In this document: positions 1 to 8,754 of the stretch, one piece after another
Numbering within the stretch: position 1 is the stretch's first letter
Layout of the letters: each line of letters starts with the position of its first letter
From: an uncultured Gemmatimonadales bacterium
GTDB taxonomy: Bacteria; Gemmatimonadota; Gemmatimonadetes; Gemmatimonadales; JACORV01
Direction of reading: 5' to 3'
DNA length: 39,070 nucleotides
Assembly: GCA_964358595.1 (NCBI GenBank)
Contig: CAYHQJ010000003.1
Location: 1 to 39,070, forward strand
The notes under the pieces: model-generated
Seen by the model: only the letters and a program-made list of their open reading frames with translations
The model's database searches: none
Told to the model about the DNA's origin: nothing
Position numbers and translations under genes: made by a program

Positions 1-135
1 GCACTGGCCGCAGCTCTCGTGCGCGTAGAAATCGGCCGTGTTCCTCGCGACCCGCCGCCCTCCGCCCGCCTGCCGGCGGTGCGGACCACGCTCTCGGGCG
101 CTCTCTCGCCCCGGCCCGACGTCCTCACGGGCGGC

Positions 136-168
136 CGGGGCGGCCGGCCGGCCGCCCCGTTCGTCTTT
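136..168. terminator. Perfect 24-bp GC palindrome followed by a T-rich run; terminator-like hairpin just beyond the 3-prime end of the ABC exporter gene
   Basis: CGGGGCGGCCGGCCGGCCGCCCCG at 136-159 is fully self-complementary. On the + strand it is followed by TTCGTCTTT. On the - strand there is no U-tract after it, so its role for the ABC gene (stop at 178) is uncertain. Confidence 0.35.
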
Positions 169-177
169 CCCGCCCCG

Positions 178-2022
178 CTAGAGCGTGCGGGCGGTCGGAA
201 CCTGGATCTCGGGCCCCTCCGGCTCCGGGGTGAAGTCCTCGCCCGGATTGATGAACCGGTCCAGCTCCAGCTTGTACTGCCGGTCGTAGAGCTGCCGGTA
301 GCGGCCGTTCAGCGCGAGCAGCCCGGCGTGCGTGCCGCGCTCGACGATCTCGCCCGCCTCGAGCACCAGGATCTGGTCCGCGCTCACGATGGTCGAGAGC
401 CGGTGCGCGATGACGAACGTCGTGCGCCCGCGCCGCAGGGAGCGCAGCCCGTCCTGGATCTGCGCCTCGCTCTCGCTGTCCAGGCTGCTCGTCGCCTCGT
501 CGAGGATCAGGATCCGCGGATCGGCCAGGATCGCCCGCGCGATCGCGATCCGCTGGCGCTGGCCGCCCGAGAGCTTGATCCCCCGCTCGCCGACGACCGT
601 GTCGTACCCGTCGGGGAACTGCTCGACGAACTCGTCGGCGTGCGCGACCCGCCCGACCGCGCGGATGTCCTCGCGCGTCGCGTGCGGCCGCGCGAACGCG
701 ATGTTCTCGGCCACCGTCCCATCAAACAGGAAGTTGTCCTGGAGCACCACGCCGAGGTGGGCGCGGTAGTCGCGCAGCCTGAGGCCCGCGAGGTCGCGGC
801 CGTCCACCCTGATGAGCCCCTCCTTCGGCCGGTTGAACGCCATGACCAGGCTGATGAGCGTGCTCTTGCCCGAGCCGCTCGAGCCGACCAGTGCGGTGGT
901 CGAGCCCGCGGGCGCGTGGAACGCGACGTCCTTCAGCACCGGCCGGCCCTCGTGGTACTCGAACCACACCCGCTCGAACGTCACGTCGCCCGAGAGGTCC
1001 GGGAGCGGCGCGCGGGCCCCGTCCTCCTGGTCCTCGGTGGCCATCTGGCGGATCTCGCGGATCCGGTCGAGGCCCGCGAACGCCTCGGTGATCTGGGTGC
1101 CGATCGAGGCGATCTGGATCAGCGGGAAGGCCATGTACATCGTGAACACGGCGTACATGCCGAGGTCGCCCGGCGTCATCGTGCGCGTCAGTACGGCCTG
1201 GCCGCCACGCCAGATCATCAGCACCGCGATCAACCCGACGATCGCGGTCGCGAATGCGCCGACCCCGGAGACCGCCGTCATGCTCTTCGCCACGTTGCGG
1301 AACAGGCGGTGCGCGCCCTTGGCGAAGACGTAACGCTCGCGCCGCTCGGCGGTGTAGGCCTTCACGATGCGTATGCCGCCCAACGTTTCGGCCAGCCGGC
1401 CCGTAACTTCGGCGTTGATCTTGCTGCGATCGCGGAACAGCGGGCGCAGCCTGGTGAAGAACACGGCCATGCCGCCGGCGAACGTGAGCAGGACGGCCAC
1501 GGTGACCGAGGTCAGGCGCCAGTTGAGCCAGAGCAGGACGCCCAGCGCGATGACCGCGGTGACGAGGCCGCCGACGAGCTGGACCAGCCCGGTGCCGACG
1601 AGGTTCCGGATCCCTTCGGCGTCGGTCATGATGCGCGAGATGAGGATGCCGGTCTTGGTCGAGTCGTAGTAGCGGACCGGCAGTCGCGCGACGTGCTCCT
1701 GGACCTTCTTGCGCATCTCGGTGATCGCGCGCTGGGCGGCGATGCCGAGCACCTGGGAGAGGGCGAACCCCGTGATCGCCTGCACGATCGTCGCGGCGCC
1801 GACGGCGAGGGCGAGCGGCACGAGCAGCTTGCCCTCCCCGCGGCCGAGGACGCGGTCGATCAGGACCTTGGACGAGGCGGGGAGCACCAGAGCGGCGACG
1901 CGGCTGACGAGCATGAGGGCCATGCCGACGGCGAGCCGTCCGCGGTAGGCCCAGACGACCTCGCGCGCCTCGCGCCAGGCGTTGCGGTAGTCCGTCTTCT
2001 TTTTCGGGGCGGCTTCGGCCAT
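178..2022 (-). CDS. ABC transporter, fused permease/ATPase exporter (MsbA / ABCB-type multidrug-lipid exporter family)
   Basis: Walker A GSSGSGKST, ABC signature LSGGQRQR and Walker B ILILDEATS in the C-terminal half; six-TM exporter-type N-terminal half. Start set at the internal ATG (MAEAAPKKK) at 2022, because the longer ORF start at 2172 would overlap the divergent RND gene. Confidence 0.9.
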   Translation of the reverse strand: MAEAAPKKKTDYRNAWREAREVVWAYRGRLAVGMALMLVSRVAALVLPASSKVLIDRVLGRGEGKLLVPLALAVGAATIVQAITGFALSQVLGIAAQRAITEMRKKVQEHVARLPVRYYDSTKTGILISRIMTDAEGIRNLVGTGLVQLVGGLVTAVIALGVLLWLNWRLTSVTVAVLLTFAGGMAVFFTRLRPLFRDRSKINAEVTGRLAETLGGIRIVKAYTAERRERYVFAKGAHRLFRNVAKSMTAVSGVGAFATAIVGLIAVLMIWRGGQAVLTRTMTPGDLGMYAVFTMYMAFPLIQIASIGTQITEAFAGLDRIREIRQMATEDQEDGARAPLPDLSGDVTFERVWFEYHEGRPVLKDVAFHAPAGSTTALVGSSGSGKSTLISLVMAFNRPKEGLIRVDGRDLAGLRLRDYRAHLGVVLQDNFLFDGTVAENIAFARPHATREDIRAVGRVAHADEFVEQFPDGYDTVVGERGIKLSGGQRQRIAIARAILADPRILILDEATSSLDSESEAQIQDGLRSLRRGRTTFVIAHRLSTIVSADQILVLEAGEIVERGTHAGLLALNGRYRQLYDRQYKLELDRFINPGEDFTPEPEGPEIQVPTARTL

Positions 2023-2092
2023 CGGTATAAGGTAGCATGGCGGGCGGGGCGGTTGCTTGCCCACGCCGCCACGGGGAGGTAGGCTCCGGAGA
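2023..2092. promoter_or_regulatory. 70-bp divergent promoter region between the ABC exporter and the RND pump
   Basis: This is the only non-coding DNA between two divergent start codons. It contains relatively AT-rich TATAAGGTAGCA next to the ABC start, and GGAGG/GGAGA before the RND ATG. Individual -10/-35 hexamers could not be assigned with confidence. Confidence 0.3.
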
Positions 2093-5000
2093 ATGAAGCT
2101 GTCCGACACCGCCATCCGGCGGCCGGTGTTCGCCTCGATGGCGAGCGTGGCGCTGGTCCTGTTCGGAGCCATCGGCTACACGCGGCTCCCGGTCCGCGAG
2201 TTTCCGGACGTGGACCCGCCGATCATCTCGGTCCGCACCACGCTCCGCGGTGCGAACCCGCGGGTGATGGAGGCGTCGGTGACGGACGTCCTCGAGGAGG
2301 AGCTGAGCACCGTCCCGGGCTTGCGCACGCTGACGTCCACGTCGTCCGAGCAATCGAGCAACATCGTGCTGGAGTTCACGCTCGACCGCCCGATCGAGGA
2401 GGCCGCGCAGGACGTGCGCGACAAGGTCTCCCGGGTGCGTGGGCGGTTGCCGGACGATGTCGAGGAGCCGGTGGTCGAGAAGCAGGACGCCGATGCGCAG
2501 CCGTTCATGAGCCTCGGCCTGACGGGCGCGAACTACTCGATGCTCCAGCTGTCGGACATCGCCGACCGCATCGTGAAGACCCGCCTCCAGACGGTTGCCG
2601 GGGTCGGCCGCATCCAGATTTACGGCGAGCGGCGCTATGCGATGCGCGTCTGGCTCTCGGCCCGCGAGCTGGCGGCGCGCGGGCTCACGGTGCAGGACGT
2701 CGAACAGGCGATCCGCGCGCGCAACGTCGAAGTGCCGGCCGGGCGCATCGAGTCCCAGCGGCGCGAGTTCAGCGTGCGGGCGCTCGGCGAGCTCCGGACC
2801 CCCGCGGAGTTCCTCGACCTCGTGGTGTCGAATGCCGGGGGCCAGCTCGTGAAGCTGCGCGACCTGGCGCGGGTCGAGCTCGGCCCCGAGAACGACCGCT
2901 CTCTGCTACGCCTCAACGGCATCGCCGGTGTCGGCCTCGGTATCGTGCGCCAGTCGCAGGCGAACGTCACCGACATCGCCGACCGCGTCCGTGCGGTCAT
3001 CCCCGCGATCCAGGCGGAGCTGCCGCCGGGCACCGAGCTGACGGTGAGCTTCGATCAGTCGATCTTCGTCAAGCGCTCGATCAAGGAGGCGCAGGAGACG
3101 CTGGTCATCGCGGGCCTGCTCGTCGTCGTCATCATCTTCCTGTTCCTGCGCAACGTGCGGGCCACGATCATTCCGGGCCTCGCGATCCCGGCCTCGATCA
3201 TCGCGACGTTCGCCGTGCTCGACGCTCTAGGCTTCTCGATCAACACCGTGACGTTGCTCGCGCTGATCCTGGCGATCGGTATCGTCGTGGACGACGCGAT
3301 CATCGTGCTGGAGAACGCGTACCGGCACCAGGAGGAGCTCGGCGAGGACCCGGTGACCGCGGCGACGAACGGCACGCGCGAGATCGCGTTCGCGGTGATC
3401 GCCACCACGATGTCGCTGGTGGCGGTGTTCGTGCCGCTCACGTTCCTCACCGGCACGGCGGGGCGGCTGTTCACGGAATTCGCCATCGCGGTGGCGGGTT
3501 CCGTCGTGATCTCGGGCTTCGTAGCGCTCACGCTCACGCCGATGCTGAGCGCCAAGATCCTGCGCGTGCCCAGGCAGCACGGACCGCTCTTCCAGGCCTT
3601 CGAGCGCGGATTCGGGGGCCTGGCACATGGCTACGCCGGGAGCCTGGCCTGGGCGGCCCGGCACCGTGTGGTCGTGCTCGGGGCCGGCGCGGCCTCGGTC
3701 CTCGCGGCGGTGCTGCTGTTCAAGTCGCTGAAGCGGGAGTTCGTGCCGCCGGAGGACCGCGGCCAGTTCCAGGTGACGCTGACGGCGCCCGAGGGCGCCA
3801 CCCTCCAGTACGTGAACGACTACCAGCTCCAGGTCGAGCGGATCCTGATGCGGGACGTGCCCGAGCTCAACAGCCTGTTCAGCGCCGTGGGCAGCGGCGG
3901 CGGGCGCGGCGGCTCGGGCCGGATGTTCGTGCGCCTCAAGGACTGGAACGACCGCGAGCGGAACGTCCCGGAGATCATCGAGGCCGTCCGCCCGCAGCTC
4001 GCCGCCGTGCCGGGGGTGCTCGCGTTCGCGAACAACCCGCCCGCCTTCGGCGGCTTCGGCCAGCCGGTGCAGTTCGTCGTGAAGAACCCGGACTTCGATG
4101 CGCTGGCGGCCGGCATGGACACGCTGGTCGCCCGCGCGCGCCTGATCCGCGGACTGATAAACGTGGACACGGACCTCCGGGTCAACAAGCCGGAGCTCAC
4201 CGTGCGCTTCGACCGCGATCGCGCGGAGGACCTCGGCGTACCGGTGCGCGACATCGCCAGCACCCTCCAGACGATGCTCGGCGGCCGGCCGGTCTCGACG
4301 TTCACGCTCAACAACAAGCTCTACGACGTGATCGTCCAGCTCTCGCCCGAAGCGCGCGCCACGCCGTCCGACATGAGCAGCCTCTACATCCGCGGGCGCG
4401 ACGGCGAGCTGATCAGGCTCGAGGCCGTGGCGGTGGTGCGTGAGGGCATCGGACCGCGGCAGCTCAACCACTACGACCGCGTGCGTGCGGCCACGCTCAC
4501 CGCGAGCCTTGCGCCGGGTTTCACACTCGGTGAGGCGATCGACTCGCTGCGCGCGCTCGCGGCCGGGGTTCTGCCGCCCGGCTCGAGCGTCGCGCTGGCC
4601 GGCGAGTCGCGCGAGCTGGCCGAGAGCGGCTCGGCGCTCTACTTCGCCTTCCTGCTCGCGCTCGCCGTGGTGTTCATGGTGCTCGCCTCCCAGTTCGAGT
4701 CGCTCGTGCACCCGTTTATCGTGCTCCTCGCGGTGCCGCTCGCGGTGACGGGCGCGCTCGCGACGCTCCGGCTCGCGGGCTCGACGCTCAATCTCTACAG
4801 CCAGATCGGCATGATCCTGCTGATCGGCCTGGTGACCAAGAACTCGATCCTGCTGGTCGAGTATGCGAACCAGTTGAAGGCGAAGGGCATGGAAACGGTC
4901 CCGGCCGTGCTCGAGGCGGGCCGGATCCGCCTGCGCCCGATCCTGATGACCTCCGTGGCGACGATCATGAGCGCCATCCCCATCGCGCTCGGTCTCGGCG

Positions 5001-5200
5001 CGGGATCCATGAGCCGCCGGCCGCTCGGCTACGCGATCGTCGGTGGAGTGTTCTTCTCGACGACCCTGACGCTGTTCCTGGTGCCGATCGTGTACATCCT
5101 GTTCGACGCACTCCGCGCGCGGGCGCCCCGCCCCGTCGCGCTACCCGCCCCCGCCCCCGCCGGCGGTCCGGCCCTCGCCGACGCGACGGAGGCGCGGTGA
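2093..5200 (+). CDS. RND efflux transporter, inner-membrane pump subunit (AcrB/HAE1-like)
   Basis: 1035 aa. N-terminus MKLSDTAIRRPVFASM is typical of AcrB-family pumps. Two large periplasmic loops and 12 TM-type segments. Conserved VVDDAIVVLEN-like motif (VVDDAIIVLENAYR). Start ATG at 2093 is preceded by GGAGA. Confidence 0.93.
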   Translation: MKLSDTAIRRPVFASMASVALVLFGAIGYTRLPVREFPDVDPPIISVRTTLRGANPRVMEASVTDVLEEELSTVPGLRTLTSTSSEQSSNIVLEFTLDRPIEEAAQDVRDKVSRVRGRLPDDVEEPVVEKQDADAQPFMSLGLTGANYSMLQLSDIADRIVKTRLQTVAGVGRIQIYGERRYAMRVWLSARELAARGLTVQDVEQAIRARNVEVPAGRIESQRREFSVRALGELRTPAEFLDLVVSNAGGQLVKLRDLARVELGPENDRSLLRLNGIAGVGLGIVRQSQANVTDIADRVRAVIPAIQAELPPGTELTVSFDQSIFVKRSIKEAQETLVIAGLLVVVIIFLFLRNVRATIIPGLAIPASIIATFAVLDALGFSINTVTLLALILAIGIVVDDAIIVLENAYRHQEELGEDPVTAATNGTREIAFAVIATTMSLVAVFVPLTFLTGTAGRLFTEFAIAVAGSVVISGFVALTLTPMLSAKILRVPRQHGPLFQAFERGFGGLAHGYAGSLAWAARHRVVVLGAGAASVLAAVLLFKSLKREFVPPEDRGQFQVTLTAPEGATLQYVNDYQLQVERILMRDVPELNSLFSAVGSGGGRGGSGRMFVRLKDWNDRERNVPEIIEAVRPQLAAVPGVLAFANNPPAFGGFGQPVQFVVKNPDFDALAAGMDTLVARARLIRGLINVDTDLRVNKPELTVRFDRDRAEDLGVPVRDIASTLQTMLGGRPVSTFTLNNKLYDVIVQLSPEARATPSDMSSLYIRGRDGELIRLEAVAVVREGIGPRQLNHYDRVRAATLTASLAPGFTLGEAIDSLRALAAGVLPPGSSVALAGESRELAESGSALYFAFLLALAVVFMVLASQFESLVHPFIVLLAVPLAVTGALATLRLAGSTLNLYSQIGMILLIGLVTKNSILLVEYANQLKAKGMETVPAVLEAGRIRLRPILMTSVATIMSAIPIALGLGAGSMSRRPLGYAIVGGVFFSTTLTLFLVPIVYILFDALRARAPRPVALPAPAPAGGPALADATEAR

Positions 5201-6309
5201 GACGCCGCCTCCTGCTGGTCGCGCTCGCGGCGCTCGCCGCGGCGTGCGGCGAGAGCGCCCAGGGCGGGTCGGCCGGCAGGACACCGGGTGGCCGCGGGGG
5301 CGGCGGCCGCCGGGCGACGCCGGTCGAGGTGATGCCCGCGCAGGTGCAGCGCATCGAGGACGTCATCTCCGGCACGGGCCAGATCGAGGCGATCCAGTCC
5401 ATCGAGCTGCGGCCGGAGGTCGAGGGGCGAATCGTCGAGATCCAGTTCCGCGAGGGCTCGCGCGTGCAGGCCGGCCAGCCGCTGTTCAAGGTGGACGACG
5501 CGGAGCTGCGCTCGCAGGTGGTCCGCGCCGAGGCGGACCGGGACCTCGCGGCGCAGGAACTCCAGCGGACGCGCCAGCTGATGGAGTCGCAGGGCGCCAC
5601 CCAGAGCGACCTCGAGCGCGCGGAAGCGCAAGCCCGCGGCACCCAGGCGCAGCTCGACCTGCTGCAGCTCAGGCTGGAGCGGACCACGGTGCGTGCGCCG
5701 TTTGCCGGCGTCGTGGGCGCGCGGACGGTGAGCCTGGGCGACTTCGTCAACAACAGCACCCGGCTCGTCTCGCTCCAGACCGTGCACCCCACCCGCGCGA
5801 CGTTGAACGTCCCGGAGCGATTCGCCGAGCAACTGCGGCTCGGCCAGCGGGTGGATTTCTCGGTGGCGGCGCTCCACGGCCGAACCGTGACGGGGGTCCT
5901 CGATTTCGTGGACCCGGTGGTGCGGCTCCCGGGCCGGACGATCCTCGTCAAGGCCGAAGTGCCCAACCCGCGCGGCGAGCTGCAGCCCGGCATGTTCGTC
6001 GAGGGGCGGCTGATCGCGGCGGTGCGCAGCGGCGCCGTCGTCGTTCCCGAGGACGCGGTGCTCCCGCTCCAGGGCGGGACCTACGTCTGGGTGGTGGCGG
6101 ACGGCAAGGCGACGCGGCGCGAGGTGGAGCTCGGCGTGCGAACGCTCGGCCTGGTGGAGGTCCTGCGCGGCGTGACGGCGGGGGAGCAGGTGGTCGTCGG
6201 CGGAGGGGAGCGGCTCGCCGAGGGCGCGAGCGTCCGGCCGACCGCGGTGCGGCGTGGTGCACCGGCGCTGGGACCGACCGGCAGCGACTCCGCGCCAGCC
6301 GCCCGCTAA
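5197..6309 (+). CDS. RND efflux periplasmic adaptor (membrane fusion protein, HlyD/AcrA family), lipoprotein
   Basis: Lipobox LAAC near the N-terminus, coiled-coil hairpin segment (AELRSQVVRAEADRDLAAQELQR...LDLLQLRLERTTVRAPFAGVV) and beta-barrel domain motifs. The GTG start overlaps the RND stop (GTGA). Confidence 0.88.
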   Translation: MRRRLLLVALAALAAACGESAQGGSAGRTPGGRGGGGRRATPVEVMPAQVQRIEDVISGTGQIEAIQSIELRPEVEGRIVEIQFREGSRVQAGQPLFKVDDAELRSQVVRAEADRDLAAQELQRTRQLMESQGATQSDLERAEAQARGTQAQLDLLQLRLERTTVRAPFAGVVGARTVSLGDFVNNSTRLVSLQTVHPTRATLNVPERFAEQLRLGQRVDFSVAALHGRTVTGVLDFVDPVVRLPGRTILVKAEVPNPRGELQPGMFVEGRLIAAVRSGAVVVPEDAVLPLQGGTYVWVVADGKATRREVELGVRTLGLVEVLRGVTAGEQVVVGGGERLAEGASVRPTAVRRGAPALGPTGSDSAPAAR

Positions 6310-7505
6310 CCGCCGAGCACCAGGATTCCCACCACTCCGTTGAAGTCGTCGCGCTCGGCGGCGAGACCGGCGGGAACCGACCAGGCGCCGCCGTCCACGC
6401 GCACGTTGAGCCGGTAGGTGCCCGGGCCGAGCGGCTCGGCAAGCGACCAGGTGCCGTGGGCATCGGCGACGAGGGGTACTGCCTGCCAGTCGGTGAAGTC
6501 CCCCGCCACCTCGACGAGGCGAGCGCCGAGCGCGCGCACGCGCAGCACGAAGCGGTCGCCGGCGCGCACGACCTCGAGGCGCGAGAGCGTCGCGGCGGCC
6601 GCTGCCGCCGGATGCGGGCGGGAGCGGGCGGGCGCGCTCAGCGCGAGCCGCATCGCCAGAGTCAGGTAGCGGCCGCCGGGGTGGGCCTGCGCGAGGTCGG
6701 GCGGGTAGCGGCCCGCCCCGGCGATCACGCCGATGCGCGGCGAGACCCACACCGTGCCGCTCACGTTCCACGCCGTCGCCTGGTAGTCGCGACGCCCGAA
6801 GCGCCGCGCCACGCTCGCCGCCAGCTCGAGGGACCCCGCCGACCACTCGACGCTCGTCGCAGCCTCCGTGTAGCCGCTCGTGACACTGCGGTAGAGCATG
6901 TCCCGCACCTGCACGACGGAGTCGAGCGCGACGGTGTCGAGGAAGAAGGCCCCAGACCGGAGCACGCTGTCGTGCACCACGGCGCGGGTGAGCGAGAGGG
7001 CGATGCGGCCCGGGCCGAGCCGGGCCCAGCCGCCGGCGTCGCCGCGCAGCACCGTCTCGTCCGCGCTGCCCCGCCAGGCGCGTCCCGCCGTTGCGCCGAG
7101 CCAGAAGCCGCGGCGCGCGCCGAGGAAGTGGGCACGGCCGATCGCCAGCGCTTGGCCCGTGCTCAGCCCGGAGGCACGCGCGCTCGCCTCGCCGCGGGCG
7201 GACACTTCGCCGCGCAGCGCCCGCCACGCGGGGGTGAAGAGCGAGCCGCCGGCGACGCCCTGGCCGCTCCATCCGCCGCGGTCGAACACGGAATAGGTGC
7301 CGGCCGCAGCGACGTGCGCGGTGGGCCGCAGGACCTGCAGCGACGGCGACAAGGTGAAGACGGTCGAGCCGGGGACGTTGTCGAACCGGGCGGCACCCGA
7401 GCCGACGTCCAGGTAGGCGCTGGTCTGCGCACGGGCCGCCGCGCTCGCCCCGCACCCCAGCGCAAGGGCGACAACGGCCGCGGCTCGGACCTGCGGGCGT
7501 TGCAT
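6306..7505 (-). CDS. Secreted beta-rich (putative outer-membrane) protein with a C-terminal CBM48/AMPK-beta-type glycogen-binding-like domain
   Basis: Signal peptide MQRPQVRAAAVVALALGCGASAAARAQ. About 270 aa with alternating beta-strand-like pattern. C-terminus VEVAGDFTDWQAVPL...GTWSL..LGPGTYRLNVRVDGGAWSVP...DDFNG matches the AMPK-beta GBD/CBM48 pattern. Last gene of the ECF operon. Confidence 0.7.
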   Translation of the reverse strand: MQRPQVRAAAVVALALGCGASAAARAQTSAYLDVGSGAARFDNVPGSTVFTLSPSLQVLRPTAHVAAAGTYSVFDRGGWSGQGVAGGSLFTPAWRALRGEVSARGEASARASGLSTGQALAIGRAHFLGARRGFWLGATAGRAWRGSADETVLRGDAGGWARLGPGRIALSLTRAVVHDSVLRSGAFFLDTVALDSVVQVRDMLYRSVTSGYTEAATSVEWSAGSLELAASVARRFGRRDYQATAWNVSGTVWVSPRIGVIAGAGRYPPDLAQAHPGGRYLTLAMRLALSAPARSRPHPAAAAAATLSRLEVVRAGDRFVLRVRALGARLVEVAGDFTDWQAVPLVADAHGTWSLAEPLGPGTYRLNVRVDGGAWSVPAGLAAERDDFNGVVGILVLGG

Positions 7506-7507
7506 CG

Positions 7508-8182
7508 CTACGGCCGCCGCCCCGGTGGCTGCTGCGTCGTCGTGCCCTTGTCGCCGGTCGCCGCCGCCGCGGTGCCCGGCGATGACGGGGGCAGCGTGGA
7601 GGGCATGCCGCGCGCCCGCACCGCGGCCGCGACGGCGGGCGGCGCACCCGCCAGGATGTCACGCTCGACGTTGCGCCCCAGCGCGACGAACTCGGCGTCG
7701 CTGGCGTGGCTGCGGGCGAGCGCGAGCACCGCACCCGTCGCGACGTCGGTCGGGACGCCGCGCGCGATGAGGTCCGCGAGCACGCCGAGCGGGACGGTGA
7801 GCACCTCGCCCTGGCGCGCCGCGCGCAGCCGGGTGAGGGTCGCGGGATCGGCGCCCGAGCGCAGGGCGCCCGCGCCCGCCGTCACTTCGCCGTCGCTCGC
7901 ACCGGCGCCCCGGGGGTGGCGCGCCGCGGGGAGGTCCTGCGCCTGGGCGCGGACGGCGGCCACGATACGGGAGCCAGCCGCGCCCTTGCTCGCCCCCTCG
8001 AGCGCGCGGTCCACCAGCGGCTCGACCGGGAGCCCGGCGGTCCGCGCCGACGCCACGATCGCGCCGATCTCGGCCGCAGTCGCGGCGTCGAGCCGCGCCG
8101 TGAGCCTCGGGTCCTGGGCGGAGAGCGACGCAGCGCCGACGAGCAGCGCAAGGGCCACCAGGGTCGCCAATCGTGCGTTCAT
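7508..8182 (-). CDS. Secreted alpha-helical hypothetical protein (internal two-fold repeat)
   Basis: Start chosen at MNARLATLVALALLVGAASLSAQ (signal peptide), whose ATG overlaps the anti-sigma stop (ATGA at 8179-8182). The longer 369-aa ORF upstream is Arg/Gly-rich and lies inside the anti-sigma gene. No recognisable catalytic motif. Confidence 0.6.
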   Translation of the reverse strand: MNARLATLVALALLVGAASLSAQDPRLTARLDAATAAEIGAIVASARTAGLPVEPLVDRALEGASKGAAGSRIVAAVRAQAQDLPAARHPRGAGASDGEVTAGAGALRSGADPATLTRLRAARQGEVLTVPLGVLADLIARGVPTDVATGAVLALARSHASDAEFVALGRNVERDILAGAPPAVAAAVRARGMPSTLPPSSPGTAAAATGDKGTTTQQPPGRRP

Positions 8183-8754
8183 GTGCCCCGTCCCGCGACG
8201 GTGATGATGGAGTTCGGCCGGCCGAAGTCGTCCTCGACCGTGGTCGGGGCCGCAGGGTCGGCGATCCACCGGTTCCCGTTCACCACGAAGGTGTACCGGT
8301 AACGCCCCGGCGCCAGCGGCACTGTGACCGACCACACACCCTCCGCCGAAGCCTGCTGGAGCGGCTGGGCCCCGACGTTCCAGTCGTTGAAGTCGCCGAC
8401 GAGGGCGACGCTCTCGGCTGACGGCATAATGAGGACGAACTGCACCGGTGTCAGACTGTCCGGCGCGAGCGCCCGCGCGAGCGACGCCGCCGGCACCCCC
8501 CGCCGGGCGGGCGAGAGGACCGCAGCCGCCAGCACCAGGCCCGCGATCCCGGCCGCCACGGCGAGAGCGGCGAGCGGCGAGACGTGCAGCTCGCGCGGCC
8601 GCCGCACCGCGGTCCACGCCGCGCGCCAGGTCCCGGGCACGCTCTCGCGGCGCACCCGCGCCATGATCCGGGCGTCCAGGTCCGGCGACAGCGCCGGCGC
8701 GCCGCGCAGCACGAGCGCCACCCGCCCGATCAGCTCGTCACGATCCTCGGACAT
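8179..8754 (-). CDS. Single-pass anti-sigma factor with extracytoplasmic CBM48/AMPK-beta-type carbohydrate-binding-like domain
   Basis: Short cytoplasmic N-terminus, TM segment LAALAVAAGIAGLVLAAAVL, and C-terminus VALVGDFNDWN...GVWSVTVPLAPGRYRYTFVVNGNRWIADP...DDFGRPNSIITV. The start overlaps the ECF sigma gene by 17 nt, the typical sigma/anti-sigma position. Confidence 0.75.
   Translation of the reverse strand: MSEDRDELIGRVALVLRGAPALSPDLDARIMARVRRESVPGTWRAAWTAVRRPRELHVSPLAALAVAAGIAGLVLAAAVLSPARRGVPAASLARALAPDSLTPVQFVLIMPSAESVALVGDFNDWNVGAQPLQQASAEGVWSVTVPLAPGRYRYTFVVNGNRWIADPAAPTTVEDDFGRPNSIITVAGRGT

Noticed and set aside
19-2082. 687-aa + strand ORF spanning the whole ABC transporter locus
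   Set aside because: It is antisense to a gene with clear Walker/ABC motifs. Its translation is Arg/Asp/Pro/Gly-rich low complexity with no motif. This is the typical open antisense frame of very GC-rich DNA. The same applies to 722-2353 (-), 3227-4711 (-), 12650-14026 (-), 15708-16829 (+), 17027-18178 (+), 22817-23785 (-), 26759-28375 (+) and 34688-35809 (+).
6306-6309. Convergent genes whose stop codons overlap (CTAA: TAA on +, TAG on -)
   Set aside because: This is a curiosity of tight packing. No hairpin or other structure is associated with it, and no functional implication can be supported.
5029-8204. Giant ORFs 5029-7734 (-, 901 aa) and 5244-8204 (+, 986 aa)
   Set aside because: Both cross several genes that have real domain signatures (MFP, CBM48 proteins). 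Both are Arg/Pro/Gly/Ala-rich with no recognisable motifs or signal features. They are out-of-frame or antisense artefacts.
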